Assembly: GCA_964270895.1 (NCBI GenBank)
Contig: OZ185437.1
Origin: Podarcis filfolensis
Lineage: Eukaryota
Strand: one strand, 5' to 3'
DNA: 64,000 bases
In this document: piece by piece, positions 55,044-64,000 of the stretch
Numbering within the stretch: the first letter of the stretch is position 1
Layout of the letters: each line of letters starts with the position of its first letter
Program-made: the position numbers and the translations under genes
Notes under the pieces: model-generated
Told to the model about the DNA's origin: nothing
What the model saw: the letters and a program-made list of their open reading frames with translations, nothing else
The model's database searches: none

Positions 55044-56120
55044 GTTTGAGCCGGGAGGGCGGCGGCCTGAGAGACACGTCACGGCTCCCAGCGTTCCATT
55101 CGCTGCTTCTCGGCTCCCCCGCCCTTCGCCCTCCCGCCCCGCACGCCTCCCCTCGAGAGCTGCGTCTAGGGAGAGGGGCAAAACACCCTCTCTTTCACGG
55201 AAACGTAACTTTCTATTGAATCGTCCCTCTCCCCTCTCGAAGTCGCATTTCGTGTGCGGAGGGCGTTGAGAGTTTGGAGACACGCCCTCTTCCCTCCTGC
55301 AATGCCAGAGTTGGGTTGAGCGGGTCAGTCCAGCTTTCATCAGTCCCAGCCCATCCCCCCCCCATAGTGCCTGGCTGGAGGGAGCGCCCATCCCCCGGCC
55401 GTATCCTCCTTTCACACATGCACGCCGCCGAGTCCTCCCTAGTTTCTGTCCCCACACTTCCCACCCGTCTTCCCACCTCGGCGCTTCCCTTTAATTCACT
55501 CTTGGGAGCATGTCTCACCGAAAAGCACATTTTTGTTTCACTTCAGTCCTTCCCTTCCTGTTCCTCACACCGTAAGTCACCGTAGCTATGCACCCGAAGC
55601 ATGCATGCATCCTTCGCCCGCTCTTTACGTTATACTCATTCATACATCTCTCCGTACCACGCCACGCAAAAAACCCCCACGCTCTCTTATCTAGACGCAG
55701 TAGATTTTGCCCCTTCCCCTCCGCAGTGCCTTACCTGCGAAATAAGCAATATTTCTCCTCGATTTCTTCTGAAGTTTCATTTGCGTTTAAAGCTACTGTT
55801 AACCACAACACCTAAGAGCTTCAATTTATTTTTAGGAATGTTATTCATGCACATTGTAAAATTTGAATACAAAGAGCATCAGCGAGGCTTGGAAACACAA
55901 GAGCATTCCCTGCCTTTTCATTGTTTATAACTGCCTTTTACATTTATTTCATAAACGACAGAAACATATTGCCATATTTCAAACAATGAAAATCCGGACA
56001 GTTGTTGAGCTTTGTATGCCAACCCTAAATTTGAAGAAATGATACAGCCCTGCCATGAAAACACCGATTGTCACCAATCCAGCTAAAGTTAGTTATGCTT
56101 AAATCTCAAATGTTTAAGAG

Positions 56121-56320
56121 CATAATAAGAGGCTGTGGGATCAAGCCAGTGGCCCATCTAGTGCAGCATCCTGTCATCACAGTGGCCAACCACATGCCTG
56201 TAGGAAACCCACAAGCAGGATTCGAGCCCAAGAGCACTTCCCATGCTTTCCAGCAACTGTATAGAAGCATTACTGCCTCCAACCGTGCAAGCAGAGCACA
56301 ACCTTCATGACTAGTAGCTG
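56121..56320 (-). mobile_element. CR1 LINE 3'UTR end
   Basis: Reverse complement of the typical CR1 terminal hairpin and tail. Confidence 0.6.
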
Positions 56321-57799
56321 TAGGCTGAAGTTACATGTGATTAATGTGCCCCGTTAAGTTTAGTTGCACTTCAGTGTACAATGGTTATAATCTTATCTGC
56401 TCTTATTTGGGAACAAGCCCTGGTGAATTCAGTGGAATTTACTTCCCAGTAAAATACACACAGGACTTCTCTAGACTGAGCATAACTTGGAAGTAAGCTA
56501 ACCATGGACTTGTGCAAACTGCAAAGTAGAATTCAGCAGGGTCTTTTGCTGTCTTAGTTTTAATTCTATGCCATTGGCAGCATCTGCAACAGAGGTAGTC
56601 GCTATTCCTTTCTTAAAGATCCTTCTGAGAACCTATTAAATGGCAAAAAGTATAAACTGAAAAAACTTTTGTCCTTTCACTAGCCACTTGTTTTTGACAT
56701 GTGACAAATAAATCACAGACAAACTACTTTTCAGATAGTGATTTGAAATAGCTCCAGGCACACTGGGGTGGTGGTGGGAGAAATCCAAAAGATTTGCATT
56801 CACAGACAGAGTGGTATCGGGGCTCATTCACTGTGAGCTGCTTCACTGATGTAAGTATAAACAAAGTGGTCAGTCAGTTTGCTAATTCCTCCTTAAGGAA
56901 ACCATAATCCATAAATTGTTTAATGTTCTCCAAAGCATTAAAATGCTCCTTCAATCCTGAGCATGTTTACTCAGAAGTAAGTTCCACTCTATGGAATGTG
57001 TGTTGAACTTTATTTTCCTCCCACTGATCTCAGGCTACAATCCTACCTAAACACACCTACTTTAGCCCCATTTAAAACAGTCCTATTAAAAAAAACAATG
57101 GGCTTCCAATGCATGCATTACGGATTATGCTATGTATGGAATTTATTTCTTGGTGAACCTATTGAGAATAAGGCTGCAAGTCACATTGGGCTCAAGTACT
57201 TGGAGACTTCACTATTTTGTTTACTTTAGAGGTGACCTTCTTTAGGTTTCTCAGAGGACAACTAATCATTACTGAGTAAAAGAGGCATGCACTAATTACA
57301 GACCCACAGTAGATAAAATTCACAGTTCCCCAGATTCTCACAAAATCTTTCCCACATTGCATACCTGGAATGGGGGTGCTGAAGATTCCTTTTGGACTTG
57401 TAGGCCTTCTGATTGCAGCAGGAAAGTTAACTAGGCTAGACAGGGATCCGCAATGGCATGAAGGAAAGCAGCTGCTTAAACAAATACAAGGAACTTGCTC
57501 ACAAGGATTTTTGTATTTGGCAATAACAGCTCAGGTAAAATCTAGGCATAATCTTAGTGAATACTGAAGGCTGAAATCCTAACCCCATTTACCTGGGAGT
57601 AGATTCTGTTCAACATTTTTTTAGTCAGCCTGCGCTGGCCTTCAATTTTGAAATCCCCCTCCCCCAAAGTACCCCCTCAAGCCTAGCAACACCTCAGGTG
57701 AACACAGTACATTCACTAGCCAAAGGCAGTTAAAAGAAAAGAACATAAAATTACACAAACTGCATATGCCACTTGGTATTCAGACCAGCAAATAATCCC

Positions 57800-57990
57800 T
57801 TTTCTAGAACCTGCCAGTCAGGTAGGAAGCAAAACCACTAGAGCGTGATGCCCCCAATTTCTATTCTAGACGGTGACCCAGAAGCATACCATTGTCAATT
57901 ATATTGAAAACCACTATGAGATCCAGGAGAGTCAACAGGATTACACCTCCCTGTCTTCTTCCCTGTGTAGATGATCCACCAGTGCAGTCA
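57800..57990 (-). mobile_element. Decayed L2 RT fragment
   Basis: LLTLLDL.V.FNII D.G.LLG..., G...L.WF.SYLTGR-like peptides. Confidence 0.55.
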
Positions 57991-60373
57991 AACCAGTTTA
58001 AACTTCAAAAGGTGGTCTGGAAGCTAGGTGATTTTATGGATGGTGATAATAAGGAAGTGTGTTAATGTCTGACATTAGTATTGGTTGCTTTCGCCAAGCC
58101 AGTTCCTTTAGCCTTGGGAAAATGAATCCGTAGGTTCCATATACCCATAAAAATTAATGTGATAATTCCAGATCCTCATTCCCCCTGCCCCAGTTGTCAA
58201 ATAGCAGCATGGTTTAAAAGTAGCAAGTGGTTTACTTTTGATCCCATTTAAGAAGTACACCTAAGTCGTGCAGAAAGGCACCCTAACTTGATGAATGAGA
58301 ATTTGGAAAACTGCAGGGCTTGGAATATCTGCTCTTCCTTATAAAGGCAATTTGCATTAATTACCTATATAAAGTTCCCTCAAAAAGACTGCAGAAATAC
58401 TGATTAGAACTGAAAAGACTAGTTTGGACTGTCGGAACTACTAGTTTCTCTCAAGTACAAATTGTGGGAGGTATATGAATCCCAAACAGATTTGCTTTGG
58501 GATGGATCGGGAGAAATGGTTACCAACTGCAGGTTACTCTTCATTAATTACAGAGGAACCCCTTTATAGTAGAAGGCCAGACGCAAAAGAGGTCAGTGCT
58601 CCTGGATATTTAACAGTGGTACAGAAGAGAGGGTTTCAGCAAGTGTAATTTGTCATCCTAGCCTTGTCCTCTTCTCTACCTGGTCACACTAAGATGCCTC
58701 TTCCTTCACTCACCTCCACAGTTCCCTTTCAAATATGCCTCACTGTGGCTTGGGGAGAGGGTTTTTTTAATGGAGATCACCATCAACTGCCAAGACATGT
58801 TAATGAAAATCGGTCTGTTATGGTGATGGTAGAGACTTGACAAGCGAAGTTCAGTAAAATGCCCCTCTTATCAAAGTATGGATTATTCAAGTGATCTTCC
58901 AGATCACTTGATCTTACAGAGAATAGAACTATCTCAGTGGGTGGGGGGGGGGAGGAATTTAAATTGCAGTCTAACTATCCAATTGATATGCAGCTCAAAC
59001 ACTGAGGAGAGCTAGAAACTGAAGTGACCAGTTAAGAATCTCATTAAGAAAATGTAATAAAGGTCACTATGGAGATTGATTCAGATGGGGCAATATGAAA
59101 GTTCAGACTTCGCTCACAGACAAAAGGTGGGAGTAATCTCCACACATATCTAAGAATAGAGGACAGCAGGATATGGAGGGCACAATCTTTGACTCTGCAA
59201 GTGTGAATCTCAAGATGGCGACAGCATTGACATGGAGTACTTGTAATGTTGCCATGCTTTGTTTTGAACTTCCTTCTGCCTCTCTGTGCTTTTAACATAG
59301 CGGAAATACAAACATTTGCAGGTGATATTGCTTATAAATTGCCTCCACACTGTGACTAATCTGTGCCTAACAGTTTCTGCAATAAACCTATAAAAGCCAC
59401 AGGAGCAAGGTCGGAACCTTTATCTGAACAGTTGGTAACTGTATTTACAAGCTGGAAGACCGTTATGATGGTATCCTTGGTACTGTTGTGAATTGGGGAA
59501 GGAGATTAGGTTGTATGATGCCTAAGTCAGTGGAATTAAGGTGGCAAATCCCAAAAGAGGACAGAGCTCCTGTGGCTTTAATAGTCATGCAGGAGGGCAC
59601 ATTCCAGCAGGTGTTGTTTGCATGACCATTGTTAAAGGTATAGGAGCCTTGCCATTTCTTTCTTCTGGCCATCCTATATGAAATCAGCACCACCATATTC
59701 CTATCCTGTATGTAGCAAATTAGTACGTTAGGGAGACAGCTGAACGAAAATATCTTCATCGGCATCAGTTTTTTCTTCTGTGGAAAGGGAATAGTTTTGT
59801 GTTGACGAATGCTGAATCCTGTGACAGTCCCCGTCACTGCAATTTGATATGATCCATTCTAGACACAGGTTTATTATCTCACCTGCTCCTTGTAAGAACA
59901 AAGGCTGCAATCCAGTACATACTGGACTGGCATTTAATGCAACAGGACTTGCTTCTGGCTGGGCATGCATAGGATTGTGCTGCAAAAAGCCTTTGAAAAG
60001 ACCATAGTGCCTTTGTGAACCGATATCATTCATTGTAGAGGAAGGTGATTTTGTCAGCTCTGTCAAAGGTTAAAAACTTTCCTCTCAAAGGTTTCTATGT
60101 AGACTTTAGCCTTGTTGGCTCATTTTCTCTTGTGAGTCATCGTTCAGGGCATTGGCACTCAGTATGGCATGCAGAACTGTCATACTCTGCCAAGTTGTCA
60201 CGTCAGCTGTGAACATTCCAGAATATCATATAATGTAATCGTCCCTCCCTTGCTGCCTGTAGGGGTATTGCGCCTTTAGCAGCTACTTGACATGCAGAAA
60301 GTTAACGTGTAGCTTTCCACATCTCCATGCTGAGAAAAGCTGCACCAGCTGAATTTATGCTTGTTGTGCAACT

Positions 60374-60613
60374 GGATTTGGATTTGATATCCCGCCTTTC
60401 ACTCCCTTTAAGGAGTCTCAAAGCGGCTAATATTCTCCTTTCCCCTCCTCCCCCACAACACACACTCTGTGAGGTGAGTGGGGCTGAGAGACTTCAGAGA
60501 AGTGTGACTGGCCCAAGGTCACCCAGCAGCTGCATGTGGAAGAGCGGAGACGCGAAACCCGTTCCCCAGATTACGAGACTACCGCTCTTAACCACTACAC
60601 CACACTGGCTCTC
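60374..60613 (-). mobile_element. tRNA/CORE-type (MIR-like, Squam3-like) SINE
   Basis: Minus strand begins gagagccagtgtggtgtagtggttaagagc (A-box); CORE gctgggtgaccttgggc. Confidence 0.78.
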
Positions 60614-62446
60614 AACTGTTAAAGAGGCACAGAATCTCTGTTGGAAGAACAAAAAGTAGAAAGTCCAGATAATGAGAAAGGAGGAAAGAAAGGAATATTA
60701 TAAGAATTTAAACCATCAGTAAAACATACTTATATGCTAGGGAATAACTATGTTGACTCTTTAAATAGTTTCTGTGTGCTCAAGGTGGTAGATGATCCAA
60801 ATTTTAGAGCAAAACAAAAGCTAAAGCCAACACATTGCAGTGACATAAAACATTGTTGCTCATAATGAAAATTGAAAGCAAACCTCTCAGTGCCTGGAAG
60901 TTTTCCTAAGCTTTGCACAGTTGCCACCCATCCCATCAAGTTCTCTGTGCAGTTTAAATAGACAGTAAGAAGCAAAATTCAATCTATAATAAAATCCTTT
61001 AATCAAACAAAAAAATTACAAAGCAGAAAGTGCAGCAACCCCCCCCCCAATTTGTAACTAACTGATATATTGACTTCAGTTGTGCAGTAATGTTATTGCT
61101 TTATTGTGATTCTTTTAGTGTAAGCCACTTTGGGTAGTTATGATCCTGAGAAGGGGAATAAAAATCATTTAAATAAAAAAAATTATATACAGTAAATGAT
61201 GGTAGTGAGAAAAGTTCTTTGCCACCATACATGCCCCCTCTTAGGCCTACACATGGGTTTTGTGAAGTGTTCAGTAAGATTTGGCAATAATTTTTCATCA
61301 CAACACCAAGTAAAACATGTCCAAAGGATAGTGGAACCTCTGTCCTACCACACCCTGCTAATGTAATAAGAATTTCCCTTTTTATCTGGTACCATCACTA
61401 AAAAGTTAAGAGTTGTACACATGACGAAGGGTTCTTGCATTGCATCTGTCTGAGGTTAACCAAGACTGAATCTGCCTTGGGTTGACCAGAGCAGTTTGAC
61501 ATTTTACGAAGCCTCGTTTTGTTTGTTTTATGTAACCCTTATGAACAATTAAATATCTGAATTTGCCATGATTTCTATTGCTGGTTTTCAAGTGAGTGCT
61601 CAGAAATATATCCTTTTGTTTTATACTATCAGTTTATATATTGGCAATAATGCTACCTGCTCAATCTGTGCATAAACTTCTGGTGAATTTATATCCTTCC
61701 ACGTTTCCACCACAGTCCCCCCCCCCCCCCGTGCAATCAGCGAGGCTTACACAATCAAGACTTGTTGGCAGCTCATCAGACAGCCTACGTTGGAGAAATC
61801 TCATAGGATTAACTCCTCATTGTGCAGTGCCAGCTAAAAATGTAATATAAATAGGAAATGCTGCACAGATAAGTTGTAGAATGTGGATCCATGATGGAAA
61901 TGTACATGGGACTGCACTGGTAACTTTAGTATGGTGGCTTAATTCAGCGTTCCTCAACTTGGTGCCCTCCAGTTGAAGCAGATGAGAATAGCCCAAGATA
62001 TCTGGAGGGCACCAGGTAGGGAAAGCTGGCTTAATTACATAGAAGTCCGCAAGGAGTTTGGAATCTATCTTCGTGATATTAGGATTTTCCTCTTTAATCT
62101 GAAGCTCTGTATGGAAGCAAAACCAGAGCTCCTGGATCAATCTGCCAGTATTTACATAAATTGATTTTGTAAAGCAAGCGAGGACAGAAGGCAAATCAGG
62201 ATATACCGATCTCTGTCTGGTTTACAGTAGAATGGCAAGGGTTTCTGACTCCCAGTTGTTCAAAAATCACAACACAAAATGACTTATCCTACCTAATTAG
62301 GCTGCTGAGGTGAAGAAAGCTAAACAGGAGAGGATTTTTGTGTGAAAAGATGGTGATCTCAATCCAGTTCTGGTATGAAATCAAATCCTTCAATTCAGAA
62401 TGTGCTCAGAGGCACCTTGTCCTTTAATACTACCTGTATGTCTTTC

Positions 62447-62703
62447 GAAGAAGAAGAAGAAGAGAAGTTTGGATTTGATATCCCGCTTTATCACTATCCT
62501 AAGGAGTCTCAAAGTGGCTAACATTCTCCTTTCCCTTCCTCCCCCACAACAAACACTCTGTGAGGTGAGTGAGGCTGAGAGACTTCAAAGAAGTGTGACT
62601 AGCCCAAGGTCACCCAGCAGCTGCATGTGGAGGAGCGGGGAAGCGAATCCGGTTCACCAGATTACAAGTCCACTGCTCTTAACCACTACACTACACTGGC
62701 TCT
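62447..62703 (-). mobile_element. tRNA/CORE-type SINE, second copy, with (TTC)n tail
   Basis: Near-identical to the 60374-60613 copy. Confidence 0.78.
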
Positions 62704-63559
62704 TTTGCACCTGCTTCTGCGTAGGAGGTTTTGGGATCCGGCTAAAAAAACAAAGTAGATCCAACACATTTGAAATCTGTCTACCTCTGTTGTAAGGACC
62801 ATAAATAACATCTGAAGTGTGTATCGTCAAGAGAGATAGTAAAATTCCCATTATCTGAACTTCCATTATCCAACTGCCCCTTATGCTTTGGCTTCCCCCT
62901 AATTTCTCTCTTCATAATTTCATGTTGATCCAGCCATATTCAGTGATCACTTCAGAGTCACAGAAGATGAGCAATACATCACATGTGTTGTTAAAGGAAA
63001 CAGCCTACATACAGGTCCTAAAAATACACAAATATTTTTGCAAATATTTTTTTATGATGCTTGTGAATGCTTGACTTCAAATAGCAACTACAGGCTCAGT
63101 TGCAGATTTGATAGGTGAAACACCGCTGCATCTAAAATTGGCATTCAGATTATAATGAGGACATCCACATTTGTTTTTGAAAACAGTGTGAGGAGAGGGG
63201 GTGCACTTCTTGTGGTGAAGAAGAGATATTTTCTTATTAGCACCTCATTATTTGCATCTCAGTTCCAGGGCAGGGGTAACTAACCTGTGGTCCTATCATA
63301 CCTGATGGTTTGCCCTGTTGTTGGCTGTGCTTAATGAGAGTTGGAGTCCAACAATATGTGGAAGGCCGCAGGTTCCTCACCTGTTCCATGGTTTAGTCAG
63401 AGCTTTGAAAAGGAAGAACCAAGCTCTGGTGGGTTTCCTTATCTCAAACAAAGCCGAGGAGAAACCTCTGGAACAACATCTGAAGCAAATGTTTTCAACA
63501 TGCCAGTGACTTCTGAGATTTGGCTTGCTGTTGTAGGCCTAGGAACGGCGAATGTTGTA

Positions 63560-63801
63560 CAGTGGTACCTCAGGTTACATACGCATCAGGTTACATACAC
63601 TTCAGGTTACAGACTCCGCTAACCCAGAAATAGTGCTTCAGGTTAAGAACTTTGCTTCAGGATGAGAACAGAAATCGTTCTCCGGCGGTGCGGCAGCAGC
63701 AGGAGGCCCCATTAGCTAAAGTGGTGCTTCAGGTTAAGAACAGTTTCAGGTTAAGAACGGACCTCCAGAACGAATTAAGTACTTAACCCGAGGTACCACT
63801 G
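63560..63801. mobile_element. Tc1/mariner MITE (same family as 38611, opposite orientation)
   Basis: TA-CAGTGGTACCTC...GAGGTACCACTG-TA. Confidence 0.85.
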
Positions 63802-63954
63802 TAATGGCGAATGTTGTGTATGAGGATGGGGTCCTTACCAGCCCCTGCCCCTGAAGGGGACATAAAAATAGTTCAAGTTAAGGAAAGGAAAGCTCTTTGT
63901 CACCAACAAGCCTCAGTCTGTGCCCTTTAGCAAGTCACTGCGCTAGGTCCTGAA

Positions 63955-63974
63955 ACAAACAAACAAACAAACAA
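63955..63974. repeat. (AAAC)n microsatellite
   Basis: aaacaaacaaacaaacaaac. Confidence 0.9.
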
Positions 63975-64000
63975 GAATCCCCTCTTTAGGCATCTTCCTC

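Larger units (their letters stand above)
53850..55700. promoter_or_regulatory. EEF1A1 CpG island (promoter plus intron 1) with YY1 sites at 54299-54306 and 54324-54334 and an NRF1-like palindrome at 54787-54798
   Basis: GC/CpG-rich; motifs read directly; boundaries approximate. Confidence 0.75.

Noticed and set aside
59044-60200. Three minus-strand ORFs (84-124 aa) suggesting a pseudogene or EVE
   Set aside because: Multiple stops between them and no motif I can assign to any family. tBLASTx/HMMER would be needed; a significant hit would reverse this.
63547-63817. 12-bp direct repeat GGCGAATGTTGT flanking the last MITE, resembling a long TSD
   Set aside because: Better explained as a pre-existing 15-bp tandem duplication into whose central TA the mariner MITE inserted.
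55700-64000. Expected SLC17A5 3' exons (next syntenic gene)
   Set aside because: No recognisable sialin C-terminal peptide on either strand; probably beyond the window.

Overview
Eukaryotic (vertebrate) genomic DNA, very probably from a lacertid lizard, judged by abundant Sauria/POM-type SINEs with (ACCTTT)n tails, Bov-B LINEs and squamate Penelope ends. The window holds the amniote syntenic block DDX43(+, last 9 coding exons; 5' part lies upstream) - CGAS/MB21D1(-, 5 exons, 646 aa) - MTO1(+, 12 exons, 700 aa) - EEF1A1(-, 7 coding exons plus a 5'TOP exon, 462 aa), then about 8.5 kb with no recognisable gene. All exon chains were assembled by hand and are phase-consistent. Introns and intergenic DNA are dense in TEs: L1, RTE-X-like, Bov-B, L2, CR1, a solo LTR, Tc1/mariner and hAT MITEs, and SINEs. 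Most notable: (1) three Penelope-derived minimal hammerhead ribozyme motifs. One sits on the sense strand about 180 nt into cGAS intron 1 and is free to fold; the other two lie at the centre of long palindromes in DDX43 and MTO1 introns. (2) The cGAS N-terminus is expanded by a roughly 65-aa degenerate repeat that re-copies the start of the catalytic-domain spine helix. (3) A young RTE-X-like insertion with an open 601-codon frame and an L1, both with TSDs, lie in cGAS intron 4. (4) An Mx-type ISRE sits in the cGAS promoter. (5) A copy of the MTO1 exon-8 acceptor lies in intron 6 and would act as a poison or terminal splice site. No database searches were run; family names are from motif recognition.
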